From the NCBI RefSeq assembly GCF_006345805.1, contig NC_042999.1, positions 81,778,001-81,842,000 of the forward strand: a DNA stretch of 64,000 nt, read 5' to 3'. Under the pieces are notes generated by a model, which was given only the letters and a program-made list of their open reading frames with translations, made no database searches and was not told where the DNA came from. Below are positions 52,675 to 64,000 of the stretch, piece by piece (positions within the stretch are counted from its first letter, which is position 1; each line of letters opens with the position of its first letter). Source of the DNA: Octopus sinensis. Its lineage: Eukaryota. The position numbers were made by a program, and so were the translations under genes.

Positions 52675-54503
52675 GGTTGTGGCAGTGTGTTTTTTACGAT
52701 TACGTTGAAGTAAGTGGTGATATTGTTATAATTGTCAAAGATTTCCCCTCGTGGGTGTACCACGTTTGTTCCTTGTTGAAATTGCTGTTTGTACGAACGA
52801 GTTTTTGTTGAATTGTAGTTTTCCTTCCCATTTATGGGAGAACCAGCGAAAAGAAGTGTATTGGAGACTGAACCAACGAAGAACCACAGTTATTCGGCTG
52901 CAACTAGCAAAGGAATTGAAGTAGAAACTTTGGAGTTTCGAGAAGTCAAAATTGAGCCAAAAAAGCTGAAAGAATGCGGCAAGCTTTTAGACAAGTATGG
53001 CCACAACCTTAATTTGACACCCCCGCTCGAGTTAACAAATGGACTGAAGAAACATGCAGTGATTTACAAAACACTGAAAGGATTGACAAAGAAAATCGAA
53101 ATTGCATCCATAGAAGAGGTAAAGAAGGGTCTGAAACAGATCAAAAAGATCACGACATTTATAAGAGGAAGATTTGGCACAGTGGAGGTGCGATTCGCAA
53201 GCGAAGGTGAAGCGATTAAGCACTCCACTGATGCCATAAAAACTGAAGTGTAGGTGCTCCTACCGACATACTGTGGTAAGCGAGTTGTCAGAGTAAGGAT
53301 GGGAAAAGTTCCACCAGAGTTGAAAGAAACATGGCTGGTTGGTGCAGTCATGTACAATATGGAGGAGTATGCGAAGATCCTGAGAGTAACAAGGACGAAA
53401 AGAGTTAAGTTTGGGGTTACGGAATCGAGATGGCAGTATAGACAACTGTGAGTGATATGAATAAGATTCCAGAAGAAATTATATTACCCGAAGATATGAG
53501 ATTAAGAGTGGTGGTGGAGGGCAGGCCTCCTATATGCTTCTTGTGTGGCGAGAAACCCACATGAAGGTGAGGTGTCCCCAGAGAGAAGAGAAAGAGCAAC
53601 TTATGTAACAGTCTGAGGAGCAGGAGAGGGTAAACAATGTGGTATAGGAGGATGAAAAGGAGGCAACTGGAATAGAGGAGGAATTTGAAGTGGTTAAAAA
53701 TGAAAACTATAGGAAAAATGGGCTCTCCGTCGGAGTGACAGAAAAAGAATAAAAATAGCAGATAAGACGATTGAGGAAAAGTCGTAAATAATGTTGAAAA
53801 GGATTTCGAGAAAGACGTAGAAAAGGAGGTTGAGAAGAAGGTTATTGAAGAGGAGACATATGAAAGCATACTAGAAGGTTTTTTAACCCATGAGAAGAAA
53901 CAGCGACACTGACCGAAATGGAGGAACTAGCGACAAGGGTGGAACGTGGTAAACAAGTAAGAAAGCGGAGAAAACATATTTGGAGCTTTGTGACATATGA
54001 CATAAATGTAAATACGGAAAAAATGATAACCAAAATGAAATAAGTCATAAGGGTTAAGTTACCCAAGAAGATGTATAGTGAAAATGTGAAAGCACTTTTA
54101 ATCGACGAGGAAAAATATAGCAAGTTGAAAGAAAAATATAAACTGGAACACCAGAATTCGTAGTGGAGTTCCATGAACTACCGCCAGTAGTAGAATTAAG
54201 TAAAATATAGTCATACATAAGGTATTAAAAAAAGAGAGTGAATTGTTGCTTTAAAAAAGGAGTAAACAAAATGATGCTAAGAGTGAAAAAACACTGAAAC
54301 AGAAAAAAGGTTATAAACTGAAAGTAAGAACGTTCAAATGGCACTGATGTGAGTGGGGTGCATGCAGCCATTTCATTACCATCGAATTCATTATATATTT
54401 TTTTCATGTTTCATTCTTTTTTTTTGTTGTCCCCACTGTGGTGTTCTGTCTGTCCTTGTGCCTCCCCCCTCTGTGTATGAGCCTGAGTGCGCAAATAAAG
54501 AAA
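52675..54503 (+). mobile_element. Tx1/L1-like element retaining ORF1 and the 3' end but lacking most of ORF2
   Basis: ORF1 from 52834 (one in-frame TAG) ends in a frameshifted CFLCG..H....CP zinc knuckle; AATAAA near the 3' end; 20-nt flanking direct repeat at 52655-52674 and 54504-54523 (16/20 identical). Confidence 0.7.
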
Positions 54504-55645
54504 GAAGTTGTGAAGATCTCGTCTGTAGAAGTCGGTAGGTTGCGTCTAGAGCCAAGACTTTACTACGGATATAAGTTCATCATCATCATCTGAAAACTGC
54601 TTTCTCTTCAAAAGAGACTTCATGGTTGGAAACAAATGAAGACAGATGGTGCGAAGTCGGGAGAGTAAGAGGGGTGAGGAAGGATTTCATCTGGGCAGCA
54701 TCTTTCATCTGGGCAACATGTGCATTGTGAACTGGGGCTTTGTCTTGGAGGAGGTCAGCATGCCATGACTTTGGTCAGCATGCCATGCCTATCTGCCTTG
54801 ATGGTTTCCCACAATTTCTGCAGCAGAAACGTATAGTATACCCCATTAATTGTGGTGCTCTTTGCCAGAAAAACTACCATCACTACTCCACGCTGGTCCC
54901 AAAAGCTTATGAACATCATCTTGCCTGCTGAGGGTTGGACACGAGCCTTCTTTGAAGGTGGTGAGTTATCAGGCTGCCATTGCTTCGATTGGATGTTAGT
55001 CTCAGGATCATTGTGATGGACCCATGTTTCATCGTATGTGATAAGTCTGCCGAAAAAGTCCTCCTCATTTTCTTGGCTCAATGCCAAAAGAGCCTTGGAT
55101 CAATAGATTCATTCTTGTTTCTGTAAAGGTGTGACCATCAGGGGAATCCATCTTGCAGACAACTTCAACATGTACAAATGGTCGTGAAGGATTTTTTCTA
55201 CGGACCTTACACTTTTCCTCACTTCTTGGGCTACTTGCCGAGTAGTTATGCAGCGATCCTCCAAAATAACGGCTTCCACTTTGTGGATGGTGCCGTCATC
55301 AATGGAGGAATGCCGTTGTCCAAGATCAGTTTCCACCAATGTCCAACCATATTTGAACTGGCGATGCCAGTGCATAACTACATCGTATGATGGTGCACCG
55401 TTACCATAAACTTCTTTCATCTGATCGAAACTCTTTTGGAGTATAAGAACCTGTTCACTGATCTACATTCAACTGCCTTCATTATAACACCTTAGTCCAT
55501 TCCAGCAGCCGTTACAGACAAAGAAATAATTGTGGAAAGCTGCAATTTACAATGTGACACGTATAGACATGTATGATAATACGTGTCAGTTTCCTGGAAT
55601 AACCGGAAGTAGGTCAGAGGAAGCCTTTAATGAACACCCCTCGTA
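54504..55645 (-). mobile_element. Mariner (DD34D, irritans-like) transposon, 3' end truncated
   Basis: TIR TACGAGGGGTGTTC at the right end; N-terminal HTH region (55109-55420); LITYDETWVHH and SAGKMM (54755-55087); QDNAP and HPSYSPD remnants. Confidence 0.88.
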
Positions 55646-56439
55646 TAGTGACATAACTGGTGGTACGTTAGTGAAACTTGTCATTTTTACCTATATCTCC
55701 GAGGCACATAATATAAGCATTTTCTCTCTTTGCAGTCACCCATATTCTGATTATATTTATTTCATGACTCTGTTATTTATATTGTCATCATTATGTCATA
55801 TGGATATTACTGTATTCTAAAAATGTTTTAGCAAGACAAGGAGATATTTCGTTTCCGGACCATGGTTGCCAAGCAGTATAGTAGCCAACTAAAAGCCGAA
55901 CTTATTCTTCCAACGCCACAATTTGACTATGTCTCATTATAATAACCTTTTTCCTAGTGTATGCATGTGACATTGCATTTATATGACTATTTCATAGTGC
56001 CACAATGATATCAAACGTACTAAGGTTTTTTTCTTCCATGCCTGCGTATATAATTTACGCTTATCTACGTTTATGTTAGGGCAGCCAGAAACAATGAAAT
56101 TTATTATTTTTTTCTACAGATTCTTCATGTTCTGCAGATACATTTTATGTTCAAACTTATATACTTCTTGTAGTTTCTGATTTAGCGATAGTGGTAGTGG
56201 TGATGATGGTGGGGTTTTGTAGTGTTATATTAAAATATCTAAATTTCTGTCTCATCTCTGCTTTGATGTTTTTTAAAACTTTTTATTAGATAATCTTCGT
56301 GTGTATTCTTTTCTTTTCCTTTCTTTTTCTTTGTTTTTTTTTTTGCTCTGTTGCCCTAACAGGACATGCTGTTGGCCAGTATTTCGTTTAATTTTATTAC
56401 GAAGATTTTTTTTTTGTTGCTCTATCATATATTTGATTG

Positions 56440-56900
56440 TTGCTTTGAAGCCAGAATATTTGTTTCGTATTTTCACGCATAGAACTATCTGTGATATTCC
56501 CCCTTAATTCTTTAGAAGATATTTTGCAGTCATACACCAGGGATATTAACGCAATGCTCTATTTACTCTGTTTCATTTTTCTTTGCTATCATGGTATTTT
56601 ACTGTCGCATTCTGATTGTGATATTCTAAATGCATTAATTTTTTCCTTGTTTCTGATGTCCAGTTTTGTTAATTCTCTTGTTGAGATTAATATCCATAAT
56701 TTATTAAGTGAATAACAAGAGAATTGATACATAATATTTAATATTGTGTCTTTTACTCCTTTTGAAGTGTTCATCTAATGCATATGTTACATACACGAGT
56801 GACCTTCTGCTTTATTCGTGTCTGTTATAATTCATTATTAATTACGAAGCATTTGTAAGTCTGTATGTTTTTCATTGTCTTATATCCGTTTCCTTATGTA
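56440..56900 (-). mobile_element. Possible Penelope C-terminal remnant
   Basis: Weak similarity to the GIY-YIG C-terminal pattern seen at 25935-26159. Confidence 0.3.
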
Positions 56901-59135
56901 GCATGATAATTTTTCAAAAATTTCATCAGTTCAAGATTATCATGGAATATGTTTCAAAGCGAATTATATATTATATAACAATTCACCCAGTAATTATTTG
57001 CATTTTTTAAACCAGTAGACACAATTTGGCACCATGAGTAGTGGTTTGATATAATCCCTATACAAAAATATGGTTGCTTGTTCACCAATATCATAAATGA
57101 ACGAATTCACACTGATACTGGTCAAATGATATAGCAGTTTGCTTAAAGTTGTTAAAGATACGCAGAAAAGCGGCGGGGATGAAAGATTCTCTTGCGAAAT
57201 GCAACCTGTAAAAAGGGCTTTTATTTGTATTTATAATACCTTCCCTTGTTTTCTCTCTGCAGAATGGTTTAACACTTAATCATCAGGTGTTTACGTGCTT
57301 CTTTATTATTGTTAATAGTCCTCATATTCCAGCGTTTCCATAATTCATGTAGCCGGAACATGTGTTTCCGTATTTTCAAACGAGTAATTATGATGCAGCT
57401 CTACTTTCCTTGTTGAATATATTATGTATTTTGCCTTGGTTATACGCTTGGATACATATATATCCATCAATTGTTTAGTAGTTAGGTTTCCAATCTTTAT
57501 TTAATTTGCTATGTTATCGCAAAGAAGTTTGTGTTGTTTTACACACTGCTTTTTAATTTTGTAAATATTTCTACCTTTAGATAATTGTCATATTCAGAAT
57601 TAGCAGCATTTCAATAGTTAATTTTAATTATTTTTCATGAACCCTATTCTTCATATTTTCGTCCGTGTGGTTTCTTTTCCATTCTTTGCTGATGTTTATT
57701 TCCGACTCATATGCTAGGGGTTTCATTTTGTTTTGTTTTTTATATTTGTATATTAAATCATATATGTCTATGGACATGATTTACATTTTCCATCTTTATA
57801 CCGTTAACTTTATTTATTCAGTTTTGTATTTGGTCGTTAATTGCTTTTTGTTCGTTGCTTTTATTTTCATTATATTATAACATTTTATCTGCGTTATTTC
57901 TGAACTTGGCAAATGTGTAGAAATCAATTTTTTTGGAAGAGGGGTAATTTCTCTCTACTGAATATATGCGTATATTTTGTTGGAGTACAGAGAAATTTTC
58001 AGTGACAAAGGAATCTATAACCTATGTTACTTTGAAAATTGTTAGCAGCTAATGCTATTTCGCATCTCTTAAAAGAAAATTGTTTGTTGTAAGGCCATGT
58101 TCAATCTATATTCTACATTTAGTATTACCCACGCTGGTGCCGTGCTTCCATAAGAACACGAGAAGACAAATTTTTGTGTTGAAAGCATATTCCGAATGTA
58201 ACGACAAAATTCCTTGTTTCTCTATTTATAGAGCATATGATAACTTACCAGAAACAACCTGACGCAGAAATGGAATATTTCGGCCAAAAGCTAATTATGA
58301 TAATGCAACAGAAAAATTAGATTATTTCATTATTCTCTTATACTGACATCTCTATTAGTAAGATGACATCAGATACGTGAACTGCCTCAGTGGGTAGACT
58401 TATAAACTTTGAAATTGCTGACTACTCTGATTTCTCCGTTTCTTAGATTTACCTCTTCCACCTTGCTGCAATTAAGCAATTTGCTGCTCTTTGAGTAGAA
58501 GCTATAACATTTCAGTCCCAGGCTTTTCAACATTAGTAGTTATTACGTGATACACAGCATTCGAACGTTTACACGTACGTCACTTCTATTGGATACAATT
58601 TGCAGCTACATAAGATTTAAACTAATACACTGCTTGCCGGCTTTGCATGCACAAGACTACTCAATAAACCAGCATTACAGTCGATCACCTATCAGTGCAA
58701 TAGATTAACGTGTTGCGTTTTACAGCGTAATCAGATGTTGGGACGCAGATTAAATATTTCTCATTCATTATTCGTAATAATAAATGCGATCTAAGCAATC
58801 GCCTTTGCTATTTAACTATAGTTTTACGTTCTGAAACTGTATCTAAATTTACTGTTTAATTAAGAAATCTATTATATAATGAACCAAATTCTACAGACAT
58901 ATATACAACACTGGGAAATATGAAAAGCGCACACGTATCGGCAACTTTAAATCGTATTTGTTTTGTGATGTCAAGATATTAACTATACTGCAAATACATT
59001 TGGAACCGCAAATTCATTTGTGACTGCTCTCTGCACATTAACAATAAAAAACTAAAGGTTTTTTTCTCATATGCGAAATATTGATCTTACCACATTACAA
59101 ATTACAAAAACAAAGTGATGCTTGTAGGACAGAAA

Positions 59136-59360
59136 GGCGGCGAGAAACTTTAGCACACCGGGCGAAATGCTTAGCAGTATTTCGTCTGCCGCTACGTTCT
59201 GAGTTCAAATTCCACCGAGGTCGACTTTGCCTTTCATCATTTAGGAGTCCATAAATTTATTACCAGTTACGCACTGGGTTTCGATGTAATTGACTTAGTC
59301 CCTTTGTTTGTCCTTGTTTCTCCCCTCTGTGTTTAGCCTCTTGTGGGCAATAAAGAAACA
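59136..59360 (+). mobile_element. tRNA-derived SINE, near full length
   Basis: GGCGGCGAG...GAAATGCTTAGC...GAGTTCAAATTCCACCGAGGTCGACTTTGCC...AATAAAGAAA; related copies elsewhere in the window. Confidence 0.85.
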
Positions 59361-59899
59361 AGAAAGCTGTTCCCCTTGTGTCTATATGCATATTTTTCTG
59401 ATTTATTACATGATCTGAGAATTAAAGTTCGATTGCTTATTAGGAATGTCATTACTTTTATTCAATACTGTCTTCTATATTTATGGTGACGATGCATTTT
59501 ATGCTATCACTTTTCCTATACATTCTGTCAAAAAAGTTCAAAGTATGCGGTGCGTGTCTTTTAATTTTAACTCGAAGAATACTATTTGTATTAATATTTA
59601 GTGTTTAGATTATTTTCTTTTAATTTTCTTTTAATCATTTGACCTGTGATTTGTGAGTGGCCTGCTTACATATGATGAAAATCCGTATTTTCTCTTCATA
59701 TTTCTTCCTTTCTTTATATCTTACATCATATCCATAGATTAATTTATTTAATATTATTATTTCCCTCTCTTTAATTCAATCACATTTTCAGCTTTACTCC
59801 TCCAATTTGGCTTTCTTCTCAGGTTTGGTCTTACTTTTCTTAGTTGTTTTTTTTTATTATTATTTCAAAAGCTTACAACTGGTTTCATTTGGTTTAGCA

Positions 59900-60710
59900 A
59901 ATGCATAAACGATTTGATTTAACTCAATAAGATCAGGTTGTAACTCTTGGCTGATATCTTTTGTTACGCAGGTGCCATTTGTAATTTTGTGTAATCATTT
60001 GTTTTGATTTTTTTTCTTTTTGCTGTAGTCTGTATTTGAGAGTTTTATGAAGTCGTTCTCTAGCCAGCTGATTCTGAATTTTCTGCTTCAGTTTTATCAT
60101 AAATTCTGTGTTCTTCAGCAAATGCGTAGTCTTAAGTACTGTTTCTTGACCACTTTCCTGGCAATCTTTATCAAATACATTTGAATTTCCTATTTCTTCA
60201 GGCTTTGCGTGATTTTCGATTAAGACTTGTGTCTGGCTACTTGTTGTGTCATCTGATGCTTCCTGTTCTATATTTAAGTCATTTCCAAATGCGTGCTCCA
60301 ATGCAATCATTTCGGTGTCTCTGAGTCTATTATTTCTGAAGATTATCCTTCCTGACAATTGCTAACTTGATTTCATCCTGCTATCTTAATTTCATGTTCT
60401 CCGTATTCTGGAAGATTTTGCAGCGTGTTTCTTTTGAGATAGAATTACTTAATTCGTAGAAATATGTTTACATTACTTCTTTATACCGTTCCGGGGTCCA
60501 TTTGATCCCCCTGCATGTTTCTATTTTTGTGGTAGCTGTTGGGTGGAACTTGGAAGGATCAAGTTAGGGACGTTCCCGTTCAATTGACCATCCCACTCCA
60601 TATTCGGAGAAACACTTGTGCTAGTTAATGACTATTGACCCCAGGCTGGCTTTTCCCTCGGGGGACGCGATACAGATTAACCATCGGACAAGTGCTTTGA
60701 TGCACTATTT
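59900..60710 (-). mobile_element. Probable 5' UTR and N-terminus of an R4-clade retrotransposon
   Basis: GRIIFRNNRLRDTE resembles an R4 N-terminal motif, downstream of a GC-richer 5' segment. Confidence 0.4.
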
Positions 60711-61350
60711 TAAATTTTCTTTTTGCTTCATAAAACAGTTTTCAGTTACGTTGACATTATTATTCAGCAATGCGTGGTTAATAACGAAATTATTATAAAA
60801 TTTCCTACCATATTTTCACCGCATATTATTCTACCATTATTACCATTATCGCTATTATATCCGTTGCCATTACTATTATTATACTACAATAACATATGAT
60901 CAGCGTTATTATTGTTGTTGTTTATTATTTGGTGGTTGTCCTCTGTAACCAAGATTACAGTGGAGTTATTTTCATCGTTATTATCGTTGATACTTTATGA
61001 ATAGTAGGTGATGTTGTTGCTGCTGGAGAGTGGCAAAGTGAATCATGCTGGCTGTGGGTCTACCAGTAATAATTTTAGTTGTTATAAGCTATAGTTTCTT
61101 TCTCTTGCTTGTGTTTACATGGGAATTGAGGCGTTAAGAAAACACAGGCAGGTGGTCATAGAGTTAGATTCCATGAGTATATAAATAGAATCAATAGATG
61201 TTGAGAGGGAGCAACGAAGGTATGTTTTTCCCCATGCGATCAGCAGAGTTGAAATTAAATGATTAGTGCAGCACGAGCTACTATTACAATGATCAATTCG
61301 AGTGATGGTAGGTTTGAATAAAATCGATTGATTTTATTCTGTTTCCCTTA

Positions 61351-61615
61351 TAAAAATAAAATAAATGCGCCCGTTTTAAAGCCTAGCCAAGATCATGGGC
61401 CCGGTTTCCCGGTTTCTATGACGTATGTCTTCTCCAGCTGGACGGGACGCCAGTCCATCGCAGCGTTACTCATTTTTGCCAGCTGAGTGGACTGGAGCAA
61501 CGGGAAAGGAAGTGTTTTGTTCAAGAATACAACGCATTGCCCGGTCCAGGAATACGAAACCATAATCTTACGATCATGGTGCTAACAAGCTAACCACTAA
61601 GCCACGTGCCTCCAC
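61351..61615 (-). mobile_element. tRNA-derived SINE with L2/CR1-like tail and a 13-bp TSD
   Basis: TSD TCTGTTTCCCTTA at 61338-61350 and 61616-61628; tail shared with 14650-14890. Confidence 0.88.
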
Positions 61616-62229
61616 TCTGTTTCCCTTACCGATCGAAAATTAGATATATACGCCACTGGTTTTTAACAATATGAAATAAAGTTGTACTGACTTCACAGTT
61701 TTCATACTAGTTTAGTTTGCAAATATATCAGTTGCTTACCTTCAGCGCTCGATATCACTTCTATAGTGTGTTCTGAGTTTTGAGTTATTGAGAGGCTTCA
61801 GTTTTTTCTGGATATAAAAGCGGAATGTTTGTGTGTTCATGAATACATTTAGAAATAATGTACTCACAGAGAGTCGTTTTTTTTAAAAGTTGCCTGAGTC
61901 AAATAGCCGGGGCGTTTAAGAGTGTTCTGATAAAAGAGTTGTTTGCATATTCGAATGAACAATATATATATTTTTCAATACACAAAAAAAAAAAAAAATT
62001 GACGATATTCAACGTTCTAAATTTATATGTAAGACGGATGTTTGCGTGTTCAGTCAGAGAAAAGAGTAGAAATTGTAGTTGTTCAAGGTTTTAAGGTTAT
62101 TTTAAAAAAGGATTTCAGTTGCACAGTTGGACTATAATTGCATTTCTGTATCTTTAGTTCCTCACTACATGTAACTGCAAAGAACCCGTCCAGCTGCTAT
62201 CAAGGCTGGCTACGATCTTATTATTATCA

Positions 62230-62293
62230 TTCTTCTTCTTCTTCTTCTTCTTCTTCTTCTTCTTCTTCTTCTTCTTCTTCTTCTTCTTCTTCT

Positions 62294-62325
<32 letters not shown>

Positions 62326-62622
62326 GTTTTCTTCGTCTTCTTCTTTTTCTTCTTCTTCTTCTTTTTCTTCTTCTTCTTCTTCTTCTTCTTCTTCTTCTTC
62401 TTTGTTTTATTGTATACCGAAAACAAAATGGCAGAGCGACAGTACCAATATCATCGACAGAACAGAAACCTCTTATATCAAATACCATCATCAATAAATA
62501 CGCTTCCTTCGCGTAAGTATTTACAAAGGAATTATATCGTTTAATAGTTTGAGATACACAGTCGAAATGTGTAGAAGTTTAGATTTCTCCTTCTTCTTCT
62601 TCTCTTCTTCTTCTTCTTCTTC

Positions 62623-62658
<36 letters not shown>

Positions 62659-62857
62659 TCCTCCTCCTCCTATGCCTCCTCCTTCTCCACCTCCTCCTCC
62701 TCCTTCTTCTTCTTCTTCTTCTTCTTCTTCTTCGTTTTATTGTATACCGTGTATACTTTCAATTTTTTACCGTTTCATTATATCTAAACCACTACGCTTT
62801 ATGTCTGTCTTTGTTTTGCATCCCCTCATCCTTCGCCCAAGTAGCAACTAAAGAAAA

Positions 62858-62909
<52 letters not shown>

Positions 62910-62918
62910 CATTATTAT

Positions 62919-62976
<58 letters not shown>

Positions 62977-62982
62977 GTTATT

Positions 62983-63016
<34 letters not shown>

Positions 63017-63020
63017 ATAT

Positions 63021-63075
<55 letters not shown>
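62230..63075. repeat. (TTC)n/(TTA)n/(CCT)n/(TAG)n microsatellite cluster
   Basis: Direct reading. Confidence 0.95.
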
Positions 63076-63076
<1 letters not shown>

Positions 63077-63250
63077 AGAAGGGGAAGAGGTAGTGGAGGA
63101 GGAAGACGGGGAGGAGAAATGGTTATTGGTATATATTTCAATTTTTTGCTGGTGGTATTGCCATTACTCTTGCACTCATATATAAGTCTCACCATTAAGT
63201 ATCTGGACTGTTGCCATAGTAACAAGGCAAAAGACGCAGAGTAAAGTCGC

Positions 63251-63318
63251 CTAGAACAGATTGACCTTGAAATCCGCTGTGCATGCGCACTAAGTTTGAC
63301 TGTTCTAGCTCACTTCCG
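63251..63318 (+). promoter_or_regulatory. Candidate housekeeping-type promoter (NRF1-like and ETS motifs)
   Basis: GTGCATGCGCAC (63279-63290) and CACTTCCG (63311-63318) in a locally GC/CpG-richer unique island. Confidence 0.4.
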
Positions 63319-63374
63319 CTGTTTACAGCCGTGCTTGGAAGGAAGATGTGTAGCGTGTGATCGTCGCATTCACC

Positions 63375-63556
63375 ATGACAGACAAAGTTCTCATGGCAAT
63401 ACCTGCTCAGAAGCCTGCACAAAGTTGCAGAATGTCTATGGACAGGAGTGTATGCGATAGAGACAAGTGTACGAGTGTGTCAGACGTTTCCAAGAGGGCT
63501 GAGACAATGTCGATAGTGACGAACGCTTTGGGACAACCAGCAGAACAGCAGAAAAT
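63375..63556 (+). CDS. Candidate first coding exon or short ORF of an unknown protein
   Basis: Kozak-like CACCATG downstream of the promoter motifs; open for 60 codons to a weak donor AT|GTAATA or a TAA at 63558-63560; no recognised homology. Confidence 0.25.
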
Positions 63557-63879
63557 GTAATATTAAAGACAAAAATGAGATATTTGAGTGATATATAATT
63601 TCAGAATATGTATTCTAATTATATGTAAGATATAACTGACTTTATTGATTTTGTTAATTGTAAAATAAAATCTGGTATAATATTTCTATCTCTGTCATCA
63701 CTTATAAAATTTTTAATAAATATTTTAAGACTGGCTTTGAAAATGTGTGCATACGAATGCAATTTAAGAGCATGATTAAGGGAGAATTTATATATAATAT
63801 AATCACAAGAAATTATATTTCTCGTCAAATTATTGGTTGATAATGTCTTTCTAATGTTAATATATAGCAAACTCTAAGA

Positions 63880-64000
63880 CGGTGAGTTGGCTAAAAACGT
63901 TAACATGCAGGGTACTCCGTCCGTCGTTGCGGTCTAAGTTACAATTTTGCCTAGGTCGACTTCACGTTTTCTCCTTTCGGAGTCGATAAAATAAATACCA
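63880..64000 (+). mobile_element. Degenerate SINE, cut by the window end
   Basis: GGTGAGTTGGC...GGTCGACTTC...CCTTTCGGAGTCGATAAAATAAATACCA. Confidence 0.65.

Noticed and set aside
60480-60710. HDV-like ribozyme in the putative R4 5' UTR
   Set aside because: Could not fit the double pseudoknot by eye; needs a descriptor search.
62155-62225. EGF-like words TCNCK and CYQGW after an acceptor-like site
   Set aside because: They are in different frames with wrong spacing and run into (TTC)n.

Overview
AT-rich, microsatellite-dense eukaryotic DNA made almost entirely of transposon debris. The SINE, LINE and Penelope families look like those of an octopus-type coleoid cephalopod; this is an inference from recalled repeat families, not from a search. 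I cannot firmly call any intact host protein-coding gene. Most ORF-track entries are translated microsatellites or decayed transposon frames. Supported content: a near-complete but disabled Tc1 (DD34E) with long TIRs, a second Tc1 remnant, mariner remnants, a Chapaev3-like element with TIR and TSD nested in an R4 retrotransposon, a short Helitron, several R4/Dong (RT-REL) fragments, an RTE fragment, an ORF2-deleted Tx1/L1-like element, many Penelope-like (RT + GIY-YIG) fragments and tRNA-derived SINEs. Three observations stand out. (1) A non-coding ~487-bp tandem repeat at 46045-47090 carries a type-I hammerhead ribozyme in each unit, the layout of an animal non-LTR retrozyme (candidate circular RNA replicon). 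(2) A full-length U6 snRNA copy is fused at its oligo-T end to a LINE/SINE 3' tail (37064-37225). (3) A 207-bp-arm palindrome (11691-12125) has its pivot at stem II of a hammerhead half. Further hammerheads with unusually long stem II lie in Penelope pseudo-LTRs at 23784-23913 and 30481-30614. Boundaries of degenerate elements are approximate.
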